DNA of 64,000 bases from positions 44,553 through 108,552 of the forward strand of contig CAYOHR010000004.1 in NCBI GenBank assembly GCA_964403835.1. The letters run 5' to 3'. A program made the translations under genes and the position numbers. The stretch's first letter is position 1; every line of letters begins with the position of its first letter. Below, piece after piece: positions 1-9,935 of the stretch. The notes under the pieces are model-generated. The model saw only the letters and a list, made by a program, of their open reading frames with translations, was not told where the DNA came from and searched no databases. Source of the stretch: an uncultured Flavobacteriales bacterium. Its GTDB lineage: Bacteria > Bacteroidota > Bacteroidia > Flavobacteriales_G > JALEGO01.

Positions 1-417
1 GGGTAAAAAAGCCTGATTTTCAGTAAAACTTGAAAAAATGAATATTTTTTGTCCTAATCCGGCCTGAATATTAATTCCGCGCGTATTTCTGCTTAACGAA
101 CCGGCCGCTTGCGGTGTTGAAGCCTTCATTTTTTCAAAATAGATGATCGGGTTTACCTTTACATAAAAAGTAGCTGAATCGCTCGCAGAAATAAAATCTT
201 TATTCATTAACCAGTGCATGAATTTTGATTTATTGCTTTTTTGAATAGGGGCAGAGGGGAGGTATATTGGAAATACTGATTCTGGAAGGAACGTATCGGA
301 TTCTAATGTTTGAAATTGATATCCGTGAATGGTCGTGTTATTATAGGGAATGAGCTCCGTTTGAGCTAAACCTCTATAAAATATAAGTAGAAAGAGGTAT
401 GTAAACGCTTTTTTCAA
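1..417 (-). CDS. Partial secreted/outer-membrane protein (RemB/Wzi-like beta-barrel family candidate); runs off the window start and is not in the ORF track
   Basis: Stop-free minus frame from TTG at 417-415, directly abutting the fcl stop. Translation MKKAFTYLFLLIFYRGLAQ (signal-peptide-like) ... NTRGINIQAGLGQKIFIFSSFTENQAFLP. Family assignment is from memory of similar Bacteroidota proteins. Confidence 0.6.
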   Translation of the reverse strand, partial: MKKAFTYLFLLIFYRGLAQTELIPYNNTTIHGYQFQTLESDTFLPESVFPIYLPSAPIQKSNKSKFMHWLMNKDFISASDSATFYVKVNPIIYFEKMKASTPQAAGSLSRNTRGINIQAGLGQKIFIFSSFTENQAFLP

Positions 418-1362
418 TTATGAAACCTTTTCTAACACTTCCTTCAAAAAATTTTGATAGGTCATTTTAATGCCTTCTTCTAAAGATATTTTTGGGCTCC
501 AACCTAGTTTTTTTGCCTTGCTGATATCTAATACTTTGCGCATGGTTCCGTCGGGTTTAGAAGTATTAAAAACCAAAATACCTTCAAATCCAATAATACG
601 TGCAATAAGTTCGGCCAGTTCTTGTATGCTTAAATCTTCTCCGGTACCAATGTTTATAATATCCGGGGTGTTATGGTGTTGCATAAAATAGAAACAGGCA
701 TCGGCCAAATCTTGGGTATGTAAAAATTCTCGTTTAGGCTTTCCTGTCCCCCAAATTTCTACTTCATTTTTTTGATTTGTTTTGGCTTCGTGAATTTTTC
801 TGATTAATGCTGGTAAAACGTGCGAATTATTTAAATCATAATTATCTTTTGGGCCATACATGTTGGTGGGCATTAAAGAGATAAAATTGCAGCCGTATTG
901 TAAATGAAACGATTCGCATAATTTTAGCCCTGCTATTTTGGCTAAAGCATAGGGTTCATTTGTTTTTTCTAAAGGGCCGGATAATAAATATTCTTCTTTA
1001 ATAGGTTGAGGGCAATCTTTAGGGTAAATGCAAGATGAGCCTAAAAACAAAAGTTTTTTTACTTCATATTTATATGCAGCATAAATAACATTATTCTCAA
1101 TCTGTAAATTATCATAAATAAAATCGGCTCGGTATATGTTATTAGCTTGTATTCCGCCCACTTTAGCTGCAGCTAAAAAAACAAATTCAGGTTTTTCTTT
1201 TTCAAAAAAATCTAATACAGCTTGTTGGTTTCTCAGGTCTAATTCTTTCGATGATTTACATACAAAATTAGTATACCCTTCTTTTTTTAATTTTCGGAGA
1301 ATAGCAGAACCAACCATTCCGTTATGTCCGGCTATGTATATCTTACTTTGAATATTCATCAT
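418..1362 (-). CDS. fcl: GDP-L-fucose synthase
   Basis: IYIAGHNGMVGSA, FLAAAKVGGI, LFLGSSCIYPK, NEPYALAKIAG, WGTGKPKREFLH, KPDG motifs; directly downstream of gmd. Confidence 0.97.
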   Translation of the reverse strand: MMNIQSKIYIAGHNGMVGSAILRKLKKEGYTNFVCKSSKELDLRNQQAVLDFFEKEKPEFVFLAAAKVGGIQANNIYRADFIYDNLQIENNVIYAAYKYEVKKLLFLGSSCIYPKDCPQPIKEEYLLSGPLEKTNEPYALAKIAGLKLCESFHLQYGCNFISLMPTNMYGPKDNYDLNNSHVLPALIRKIHEAKTNQKNEVEIWGTGKPKREFLHTQDLADACFYFMQHHNTPDIINIGTGEDLSIQELAELIARIIGFEGILVFNTSKPDGTMRKVLDISKAKKLGWSPKISLEEGIKMTYQNFLKEVLEKVS

Positions 1363-1376
1363 GAGCGAAAAAGTTA

Positions 1377-2457
1377 TTATTCGTTAAACATATAAATACT
1401 ATGTCCTTTTTCTAGTAAATATTTATCGCGATTAAATAAATCGATATCGCCTGCAATCATTTCTTTTACTAAGTCCTGTACAGTATATTTAGGAGTCCAG
1501 CCTAACTCATTTTTTGCTTTTGTAGCATCACCAATTAATAACTCAACCTCTGTTGGTCTGAAATATTTTTTATCTATTTCAATCAAAACTGAATTATCTT
1601 TTGCGTTTAAGCCTTTTTCATCTATCCCTTTACCTACCCAATTAATGGTAATTCCTACTTCCCGAAAAGCCATATTAATAAATTCGCGTACAGAAGTGGT
1701 TACACCGGTGGCCAATACATAATCATCGGCTTCTTTTTGCTGCAACATTCTCCACATACCTTCTACATAGTCTTTAGCGTGTCCCCAATCTCTTTCAGCA
1801 TCTAAATTACCAACATATAATTTTGTTTGTAAGCCCAGTTTTATTTTAGCAACTGCCCGGGTTATTTTTCGTGTTACAAAAGTTTCTCCGCGCAAAGGAC
1901 TTTCATGATTGAATAAAATACCGTTGCAAGCATACATTCCATAAGCTTCGCGATAGTTTTTTACAATCCAAAAGTTTTGCAACCGCATAAGGACTTCTGG
2001 GGTAAAAAGGTGTTTTTTCGGTTTGAGGAATTTCTTGCACTTTCCCGTATAGCTCAGAAGTAGACGCTTGATAGAACTTGGTTTTGGCTTCCAATTTTAA
2101 AATCCGGATGGCTTCTAAAATCCTTAAAGAACCAATAGCATCGGCATTTGCAGTATATTCAGGGGTTTCAAAAGAAACCTGAACATGCGATTGTGCTGCT
2201 AAATTGTATATTTCATCGGGTTGAACATCTTGAATTATGCGAATAAGATTGGTAGAATCAGTCATATCGCCATAATGCAAATGAAAATTTACATGATCTT
2301 CATGTGGATCTTTGTATAAATGGTCAATTCTTTGTGTATTAAAAAGAGAACTTCTTCTTTTAATACCATGAACGGTATATCCTTTTCCAAGCAATAGTTC
2401 TGCTAAATACGCTCCATCCTGGCCCGTTATTCCTGTAATTAACGCGATTTTACTCAT
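1377..2457 (-). pseudogene. gmd: GDP-mannose 4,6-dehydratase split by a frameshift near 1968-1974
   Basis: N-half ([46 protein letters not shown]) and C-half ([40 protein letters not shown]) are in different frames. The junction reads AAA CTT T TGG ATT, about 8 nt short of the usual AKL-YxY/F-WI. Confidence 0.88.
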
Positions 2458-2478
2458 AGGTCTAAATCAATTGATGTG

Positions 2479-2486
2479 CAAAGGTA
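2479..2486 (-). promoter_or_regulatory. Bacteroidota -7 promoter box (TACCTTTG) upstream of gmd
   Basis: Exact TAnnTTTG match about 21 nt upstream of the gmd ATG. Confidence 0.6.
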
Positions 2487-2535
2487 CTTAAACTAAATAA
2501 TTTAACACAAAGTTTTAGTAAGATATGTGACTAAA

Positions 2536-3294
2536 TCAGAATTTTGATTTGTTTTTTAGTTCCTTTAAAAAAGACGAGGCGTAAATAAAATCGGAAAGAT
2601 CTTGATCTTTTGTTTCTAAAATCTCATTTTTTGTGCCCTCCCATTTTTTTCTGCCTTCCAAAAAGAAAAAAATCTTTTCTCCAATGGCCAAAACCGAATT
2701 CATATCATGTGTAATAACGATGGTGGTCATATTAAATTCGTGCGTAATTTCATTTATTAATTCGTCAATTACTACCGAAGTTTGAGGATCGAGGCCCGAA
2801 TTAGGTTCATCGCAAAATAAATATTTGGGGTTTCCGGCAATGGCCCGGGCAATACCCACTCTTTTTTTCATTCCTCCACTTAGTTCAGATGGGAATAGTT
2901 TATTGGTGTTTTTTAGGTTTACGCGTTCTAAACAAAAATTAGCGCGATCTTGCATTTCGCTTTTTGACATTTCCGAAAACATTTGCAAGGGAAATATAAT
3001 ATTTTGCTCTACATTCATAGAGTCGAACAAGGCACTCCCCTGAAATAAGTAGCCAATTTGTTTTCGAAGTGTTTTTTGGTCGTTAAAAGAGAGGTTTAAA
3101 AAGTTATCTCTATCATAAAAAATGTCTCCGGTATCTGGCTTTTCAAGTCCCACAATGCATTTAACAATGGTTGTTTTGCCTGATCCGCTAGCTCCAATTA
3201 TTAAGTTTGTTTTGCCCGCATCAAACTTTAATGAAATATCTTTTAAGACTTCCCGGTCACCAAATTTTTTGCTAATATTTTTTACCTCAATCAT
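2536..3294 (-). CDS. mlaF: ABC transporter ATP-binding protein, MlaF/Mkl family
   Basis: Walker A GASGSGKT, signature LSGGMKKRVGIARA, Walker B LFCDEPNSGLDP, H-loop VITHD; adjacent to an MlaE-type permease. Confidence 0.85.
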   Translation of the reverse strand: MIEVKNISKKFGDREVLKDISLKFDAGKTNLIIGASGSGKTTIVKCIVGLEKPDTGDIFYDRDNFLNLSFNDQKTLRKQIGYLFQGSALFDSMNVEQNIIFPLQMFSEMSKSEMQDRANFCLERVNLKNTNKLFPSELSGGMKKRVGIARAIAGNPKYLFCDEPNSGLDPQTSVVIDELINEITHEFNMTTIVITHDMNSVLAIGEKIFFFLEGRKKWEGTKNEILETKDQDLSDFIYASSFLKELKNKSKF

Positions 3295-3303
3295 ACCAGG
3301 AAA

Positions 3304-4044
3304 TTATAATAACATAGTTTGAGTTAACACCAAATTTAAAATTAAAATAATAATACTAGTATATACGACCGCATCGGTGCTAGCTTTTCCTACATCTACC
3401 GCCCCGCCTTTTACATAATACCCAAAATAAGCAGGCACTGAGGCAATGGCAAATCCGAAAAAGATGGCTTTAGTAGTAGCATATACAATATTAAACGGTT
3501 TAAAATCGATAGTAATTCCCAATAAAAAATCATGAATGGCTATTAAGCCTGTAAAATGACCAACAATCATACCTGATACAATGCCGATAAAAGCGCTATA
3601 TACCATTAAAATAGGGTTAATAAAAAGCAGGGCTAATATTTTGGGCAAAATTAAATAAGAGCAAGAATTAACCCCCATAATTTCTAAGGCATCGATTTGT
3701 TCAGTTATTCGCATGGTGCCTAACTCGGTAGAGATGCTGGACCCTATTTTTCCGGCCATGATTAAGCCTAAAATAGTAGTTGAGAATTCTAAAATCATGG
3801 AATTAGATGCGGTATATCCAATGATATAATCCGGAACAAGTGGGCTAGAGATATTGGTTGCCGTTTGGATAACAATAACGGCACCCATAAAAAAAGAAAT
3901 AATGGCAACTAAAGGCAAAGAGCCAATTCCTAAAACGTAAATTTCAGAAATAGTCTTTTTCCAATAGAGCATGAACCGTTCAGGCTTAAAAAAAACCTTT
4001 TGAATCATTAAAAAATACTTTCCTGCATGAAAAAACAACTGCAT
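3304..4044 (-). CDS. mlaE: ABC transporter permease, MlaE family
   Basis: GKIGSSISTELGTMRITEQIDALEIMGV and GGAVDVGKAST motifs. Confidence 0.88.
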   Translation of the reverse strand: MQLFFHAGKYFLMIQKVFFKPERFMLYWKKTISEIYVLGIGSLPLVAIISFFMGAVIVIQTATNISSPLVPDYIIGYTASNSMILEFSTTILGLIMAGKIGSSISTELGTMRITEQIDALEIMGVNSCSYLILPKILALLFINPILMVYSAFIGIVSGMIVGHFTGLIAIHDFLLGITIDFKPFNIVYATTKAIFFGFAIASVPAYFGYYVKGGAVDVGKASTDAVVYTSIIILILNLVLTQTMLL

Positions 4045-4090
4045 GTTTTACATTTTAAAGTAAAATTAGTATTTTTAAGATTCTCTTGCT

Positions 4091-4219
4091 ATGAAAAAAA
4101 CTTATTTAATACTTTTATTATTGGGTATTTTTGCCTTTGTTTCCTGTCGGCCCTTGCCAAGTGGAAAAAAATATAATAATAAAAAGGATAAAAAATGTAA
4201 TTGCTCTAGCTTAGGTTAA
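4091..4219 (+). CDS. Small (42 aa) putative lipoprotein, not in the ORF track
   Basis: MKKTYLILLLLGIFAFVSCRPLPSGKKYNNKKDKKCNCSSLG*: basic N-terminus, hydrophobic core, lipobox-like FVS-C, C-terminal CxC. Confidence 0.6.
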   Translation: MKKTYLILLLLGIFAFVSCRPLPSGKKYNNKKDKKCNCSSLG

Positions 4220-4250
4220 CTCATTTCATTATTATTGTAAAAAAAATACA

Positions 4251-4706
4251 ATGTCTGAAGAGTCTCCAAAAAAATTATACGATAAAATTGATAAAAACCT
4301 TTTAAAAGCGATTCCAAATCCATCGAAAGGTGCTTATGAAATAAAAATAAAAATTCCTGAATTTACTTTCTTAGGAGTTCATAATCAGCCTGATTTTGCA
4401 ACGGTTTACCTCACTTTTTATCCGAAAAATAAAATTATTGAGTTAAAAGCACTCAAATATTATGTTTATCAAATGCGTGACATTATTGTATCGTATGAAC
4501 GATTAATCAATATTTTTTACGATCATTTGATGGAAGTATATGAGCCTGAAAGATTAAGGATTGTTTTAGTGTGTAATGCTCGCGGAGGAATTACCTCGCA
4601 ATTAACAATAGATTCTGACTGGAAAGTTCGTGGTGGTCAAGAAAGATTTAAAGATTGGTTTGGGAAAGAACAAGAAGGTGAAGGCCATTTTGAAGTGTTA
4701 AGATAG
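4251..4706 (+). CDS. QueF-like T-fold protein lacking the catalytic Cys
   Basis: PEFTFLG-VHNQPDFA, QueF motif ELKALKYY, SYE and ARGGI align with type I QueF (EFTSLCPKTGQPDFA, ESKSLKLY, FHE, RGGI), but Cys is replaced by Gly and His by Tyr. Confidence 0.85.
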   Translation: MSEESPKKLYDKIDKNLLKAIPNPSKGAYEIKIKIPEFTFLGVHNQPDFATVYLTFYPKNKIIELKALKYYVYQMRDIIVSYERLINIFYDHLMEVYEPERLRIVLVCNARGGITSQLTIDSDWKVRGGQERFKDWFGKEQEGEGHFEVLR

Positions 4707-4761
4707 GCTTCAAGACCATCATTTTTTTTAGGATTGACGTTTTTTAAATTATCTTTAAATT

Positions 4762-7269
4762 TTGAAACTATCCGCCCCTTTTAAATATTTTGTTCTCATT
4801 CTGCTGAGTATTTGTGATTTTGTCCTGTTGGGCCAAAACACTTTAATCAAAGGGAAAGTGGTAGATGGTATAACCTCCGAGCCCCTAGCTTATGTAAATA
4901 TCCTATTCTTAAAAACAAACATGGGAACTGTTTCTGATGAAAACGGTGAATATGTACTTGAATCAACAACACCTTCCGATTCTATTTTGATATCTTTAAT
5001 TGGGTATGAAACCCAAAAAATTAAGATAAAGAAAAATATTTCTCAAATCCTTAATATTAAATTAAAACCATCTCAAATTAATTTGCGAGGAGCGGAAGTA
5101 ATTGGCAGTAAAAAGGATGAAAATCCGGCGCATCGAATTTTAGAACAAATTATTGAGCATAAAGAGCTGAATAATAAAAAAGAATTGGCTTCGTATGAAT
5201 ATGAAATGTACAATAAAATACAATTTGACATCAGTAACATAAAAGCAGATCTTTTTGATAAGGCTCCTATGAAGTCATTTGGCTTTGTTAAAAATTATAT
5301 CGATTCCAGCTCAGAAAAACCTTCTTTGCCCATATTTATCACAGAATCCATGTCAGATTTTTATTATCGAAAAAATCCAACATCTAAAAAAGAATTTATT
5401 AAAGCAGCAAAAATCTCGGGTATTCAAAACGAAAGTGTATCGCAGTTTTTAGGAGACATGTATCAGGATATTAATATTTACGAAGATTATTGGATCCTTT
5501 TTAATCAAAGTTTTACAAGCCCCATTTCTAAATACGCCCTTTTTTCATATAAAATATATTTAACAGATAGCGCTATTATTGATAACCATAAGTGCTATAA
5601 ATTAGATTTTTATCCTAAACGAAAACAAGAAAAAACATTTAAGGGTTATTTGTGGGTGGTTGACTCATCGTATTCTATTCAATATATTGAGGCTCAACTG
5701 GCTTCAGATGCAAATGTGAATTGGGTAAGCAAATTTTTTATTTCTCAAAAATTTAAACAAGTAAATACAAATAAATGGATGATTGAAAAAGAAGAATTAT
5801 TCGTTGATTTTCAATTGTCGAAAAAGATGACAGGCGTTTCCGGAAAAAAAACGAGTACCTATCGAAACATTAAAGTAAACCAAGAAAAACCCAATGAGTT
5901 TTATGACGGCATGCAGGATATAACCGTAGTAGACCAAGTTTATAATAAAGATAAGGCTTATTGGGATCAGGCCAGGCATGAAAAATTGACCGAAAGGGAG
6001 AAGAGCATTTATATTATGATTGATTCTATACAGGATGTTCCTATGTATAAATCGGCCGTAGATATAATTAACATGTTTGTTTTAGGCTATAAGGTCATAG
6101 GGCCGGTAGAAATAGGGCCTTATTATACCCTTTATAGTTATAATGCCATAGAAGGAAATCGTTTTAAAATTGGAGGCCGAACCAGTAATTCGTTTAGCAG
6201 CAATATTATGTTGGACGGCTATTTGGCTTATGGTACAAAAGATCATAAATTTAAATACGGAATTGGAGGCATTGGGTTTATTTCAAAATTACCTCGCCGA
6301 TTGCTTTCTATGCATTATTTTAAAGATGTAGAGCAATTAGGGCAGGGCTTAAATTCTTGGAAGCAAGACAATATTTTGGCCTCATTTTTGAGAAGAAACC
6401 CTGCAAACCGCTTAAATGGGTATGAATTATGGCATTTTTCGATAGAAAACGAATGGTTTAATGGCTTATCAAGTACGCTCCATCTCCGAAAAAAAACAAT
6501 TTGGCCTTTGGGTCAATTACAGTTTTATTCTCTTTCATCATCCGGAGAAAAAATATTTACTCAACAAATTAATACCTCTGAAATTGCTATAGAAACTAGG
6601 TTTGCATTTAAAGAGAAATATTATTTAGGCCAATTTGATCGGGTAAGTTTAGGCACAAAATGGCCTATAATTAAATTTAATTATACATTGGGAATAAAAG
6701 GTTTGTTAAATGGACAATACAATTACCAAAGAATTTCACTAACCCTTTCTGATGATATTCATTTACCGCCCTTTGGATATACAAAAGTTATGCTTGAAGG
6801 AGGGAAAATATTGGGGCAAATTCCATACCCTTTGCTTAAATTGCATAATGGAAATGAGACCTATTCTTATGACAATACTGCCTTTAATTTAATGAACTTT
6901 TACGAATTTGTAAGCGATCAATACTTGAATTTATCGGTAGCCCATCATTTTAATGGAATATTTTTAAATAAAATTCCTTTCCTGCGAAAATTGAAATGGC
7001 GCGAAATAGCGCAAGCACGCGCTGCATACGGAAGTTTAACTTCACACAATCATTTATTAACCCTGCCCGCAACTTTATCCTCATTACAAAAGAGGCCGTA
7101 TTTAGAAGCTGGCCTTGGAATTGAAAATCTTTTTAAAGTATTGCGGATTGATGTTATTTGGCGAATGACTTATATAGATAAAGATTATATTCAACAATAT
7201 GAATCTAATTTAAATGCTACTAAAATTGCTAAGTGGGGACTCCGAGGTACCCTTCAAATTTTGTTTTAG
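4762..7269 (+). CDS. Outer-membrane protein with N-terminal carboxypeptidase-regulatory-like domain and DUF5686-type body
   Basis: TTG start, signal peptide, IKGKVVDGITSEPLAYVNI and LISLIGYETQ (CarbopepD_reg-like), YEYEMYNKIQFD, alternating beta-strands, C-terminal Phe. Confidence 0.75.
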   Translation: MKLSAPFKYFVLILLSICDFVLLGQNTLIKGKVVDGITSEPLAYVNILFLKTNMGTVSDENGEYVLESTTPSDSILISLIGYETQKIKIKKNISQILNIKLKPSQINLRGAEVIGSKKDENPAHRILEQIIEHKELNNKKELASYEYEMYNKIQFDISNIKADLFDKAPMKSFGFVKNYIDSSSEKPSLPIFITESMSDFYYRKNPTSKKEFIKAAKISGIQNESVSQFLGDMYQDINIYEDYWILFNQSFTSPISKYALFSYKIYLTDSAIIDNHKCYKLDFYPKRKQEKTFKGYLWVVDSSYSIQYIEAQLASDANVNWVSKFFISQKFKQVNTNKWMIEKEELFVDFQLSKKMTGVSGKKTSTYRNIKVNQEKPNEFYDGMQDITVVDQVYNKDKAYWDQARHEKLTEREKSIYIMIDSIQDVPMYKSAVDIINMFVLGYKVIGPVEIGPYYTLYSYNAIEGNRFKIGGRTSNSFSSNIMLDGYLAYGTKDHKFKYGIGGIGFISKLPRRLLSMHYFKDVEQLGQGLNSWKQDNILASFLRRNPANRLNGYELWHFSIENEWFNGLSSTLHLRKKTIWPLGQLQFYSLSSSGEKIFTQQINTSEIAIETRFAFKEKYYLGQFDRVSLGTKWPIIKFNYTLGIKGLLNGQYNYQRISLTLSDDIHLPPFGYTKVMLEGGKILGQIPYPLLKLHNGNETYSYDNTAFNLMNFYEFVSDQYLNLSVAHHFNGIFLNKIPFLRKLKWREIAQARAAYGSLTSHNHLLTLPATLSSLQKRPYLEAGLGIENLFKVLRIDVIWRMTYIDKDYIQQYESNLNATKIAKWGLRGTLQILF

Positions 7270-7359
7270 AAAATCTTCTTTAAGTCGCTCTGGTGGCTAT
7301 AATTGTATTTTGTACACGTGATAACGGTAGGAGTGAGGTATATAAGAAAAATCTTATTC

Positions 7360-9720
7360 TCATACAGGGTCTTCTTCCACCTCAATGAGCGGTTTTTGTG
7401 TTAATTCCTTCCTTAATTTTCTATTGTGTATAGAAAGTAAAATAGAAGGAAGTAGTAATAAATTAGTCGCTAATGAAATAATTAAAGTAAGCGAAACTAA
7501 AACCCCTAAAGCAACCGTACCGCCAAAATCAGAGGCGGCAAAAATACCAAAGCCTAAAAAGAGAATAACTGTGGTATATACCATGCTTAAGCCGGTTTCT
7601 TTAATAGCTATAGAAATAGCCTCCGTCACCTTTCTTTTTTGTTTTTTTAATTCGTGCCGATATTTGGTTAAAAAATAAACGGTTCCATCCGATGAAATAC
7701 CAAAAGCAACGCTAAAAATAAGAATGGTTGATGGTTTAAGGCGAATATCTAAAAACCCCATGATACCTGCTGTTATAATTAAAGGAATTAAACAAGGAAT
7801 TTTAGAAAAAACGATAATTCGGACCGATCTAAATAAGGCTAAACCAATTAAAGCAATTAAAATAATTTCTATAATTAAACTTTCAAAAAGGTTAGATAAA
7901 AGGTAATCGTTATTTTTTAAGAACATAAGGCTGTGGCCTGTTAGCGTTACTTCATAATCAGTATTTCTAAAAACAGAATCAATGCGCGGCCTGATTTCAC
8001 TCATTAAAACATTCATTTTTTGGGATCCAATATCCAGCATTTGATAACTAATTCTGGTTAAACTGCGCGCAGTATCCATAAAAGAGTTCAATTTATTGTC
8101 TGTTTCTTTTAAATTTCCTCTAAATGACGCTATTTTATTGAGTTCAAGCGCATTGGGTAGTTTGTAAAATTTAGGATCGCCGTATTTATACCCTTGGTAC
8201 GAAAACTTTAATCCTTCCACAATGGATAAAGGCTTTGAAAACTCATCATATTGGGCAAATATTTTTTGTAGCGCTCTAATTTTATAAATAGCCGATGCCG
8301 AATTTTCAAATAATCCATTTGGTTTTTTAGTATCAACCACAATTTCAAAGGCTAAAATCCCATGAAAGTTTTTTTCGAAAAACCGAATGTTTTCAAACAC
8401 CGGGTCTTTTTTCGGAAGATCATCAATGACAAAACCAACCACTTTTACTTCATACAAACCAATCAAAGAAATAATAGTAGCAATAGCAGTCGTGTAATAA
8501 ATACGCTTTCTTTTGTGTTGCACCATTTCATCAACCCAAGCTAATAAAGAATTAATTCTTTTTCCGCTTAAATGTTGGGTCTGTTTTGAAGTCGGATTTG
8601 GTAAGTAAAATAAAATAACAGGAATAAGAATAAGCGTAATTAAATAAGTGGCCATAACATTAATGGCGGCTATCACTCCAAACTCTACCAGCATCTCACT
8701 ATTTGTAAAATAGAGCACGCCAAAGCCAATAGATGTGGTAATATTTGCTAAAAACAGCGTAATGCCTATGGTTTCAATCATAGTTGATAAGGCTTGTGTT
8801 TTATTGCCATGTATAGCAAATTCACTTTGATACTTGTTAATTAAAAACACACAATTGGGCACGCCAATAACCATCATAAGAGGGGCTAATAAGCCAGTTA
8901 AAACAGTTATTTTGTAATGAAATAGTTGTAGGCTGCCGAGCGACCATAAAACGCCAATGATAACAACCAACAGCGAAAAAAATACTACCGAAAAATTTCT
9001 GAAAAATGCCCATAAAATAATGCCCATGACAATAACAGCTAAAGCAAGAAATAAAATTGCTTCGCCGGCAACTTTTTTCATCATTTGGCTTCGGATGTAT
9101 GGCAACCCCGAGTAATACATTTTGATATTATTATTTTTTGAGAAAATCTCCCCTTCTTTGGTAATGTCTTCTGCCATTTGCAGTCTTCTCTTGGTGTTTA
9201 ATGCTTGGGTTTCAAAGGTAACAGCAATAAGGGTACTGTGTGTTTCTTTGTTGTAAATATACCCATCATAAAAGGGCATATTTTCAATGGCCGTTCGAAT
9301 GCTATCAGAAGTATAATTTTGGTTTAAAGGGAAATTAAAAACTTTTACAAAATCAAACTTTTGTAAACTATCGTTTCTAAGTATGTTATAGGTCTGAGGC
9401 AGCGAAATAACTTCCTTAACACCTTCAATTTTTTCGATTTTTTTTCCTAAATCATTCCAGCGACTAAATATTTTGGTGTCAAACAAATTACTATCCTGAA
9501 ACCCTAGCACCATTACATTTCCATCTTGCCCAAATCTTTTTTTGAAATTTTCATACGCAATAAAGGTGCTGTCATTAGCAGGCAATACTTTTGGGTATTC
9601 ATACGATAGCTCTAATTTCGATGCCTCAAAAGCCATAAAAGCAGTAATGAGGAGGCAGCCGAATAAAAAGGCTTTTTTGTTTTTTAAAAGTAATTCAGCA
9701 AACGATTTCCACATAATCAT
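7360..9720 (-). CDS. MMPL/RND-family transporter
   Basis: Two halves of one TM, a large periplasmic loop and five TMs; VIGVPNCVFL, ANITTSIGFG and FGISSDGTVYF motifs. Confidence 0.85.
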   Translation of the reverse strand: MIMWKSFAELLLKNKKAFLFGCLLITAFMAFEASKLELSYEYPKVLPANDSTFIAYENFKKRFGQDGNVMVLGFQDSNLFDTKIFSRWNDLGKKIEKIEGVKEVISLPQTYNILRNDSLQKFDFVKVFNFPLNQNYTSDSIRTAIENMPFYDGYIYNKETHSTLIAVTFETQALNTKRRLQMAEDITKEGEIFSKNNNIKMYYSGLPYIRSQMMKKVAGEAILFLALAVIVMGIILWAFFRNFSVVFFSLLVVIIGVLWSLGSLQLFHYKITVLTGLLAPLMMVIGVPNCVFLINKYQSEFAIHGNKTQALSTMIETIGITLFLANITTSIGFGVLYFTNSEMLVEFGVIAAINVMATYLITLILIPVILFYLPNPTSKQTQHLSGKRINSLLAWVDEMVQHKRKRIYYTTAIATIISLIGLYEVKVVGFVIDDLPKKDPVFENIRFFEKNFHGILAFEIVVDTKKPNGLFENSASAIYKIRALQKIFAQYDEFSKPLSIVEGLKFSYQGYKYGDPKFYKLPNALELNKIASFRGNLKETDNKLNSFMDTARSLTRISYQMLDIGSQKMNVLMSEIRPRIDSVFRNTDYEVTLTGHSLMFLKNNDYLLSNLFESLIIEIILIALIGLALFRSVRIIVFSKIPCLIPLIITAGIMGFLDIRLKPSTILIFSVAFGISSDGTVYFLTKYRHELKKQKRKVTEAISIAIKETGLSMVYTTVILFLGFGIFAASDFGGTVALGVLVSLTLIISLATNLLLLPSILLSIHNRKLRKELTQKPLIEVEEDPV

Positions 9721-9910
9721 ATCTAAACAAGTACAATACTAGTTATTTTATATTAAATTTAGGTAAATAGGGCTTCTTTTATGATATTTTAGGAAGCATT
9801 ATTGCTTGTAAATCTCACTTTAACAACTGATTATAGGTATTTTCTTTTGAAAATAACATTTACGGAAGGGGATAAGTTTTTGAATGCTAGCAGTATTCAA
9901 AGATCTTCGA

Positions 9911-9918
9911 TATATTTG
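9911..9918 (+). promoter_or_regulatory. -7 promoter box (TATATTTG) for the PTPS-folE operon
   Basis: Exact TAnnTTTG match 17 nt upstream of the ATG. Confidence 0.6.
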
Positions 9919-9935
9919 CATCGAAAAAAAATGGC

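Noticed and set aside
1960-1985. Programmed ribosomal frameshift in gmd
   Set aside because: There is no slippery heptamer, and a frameshift would not restore the ~3 missing conserved residues.
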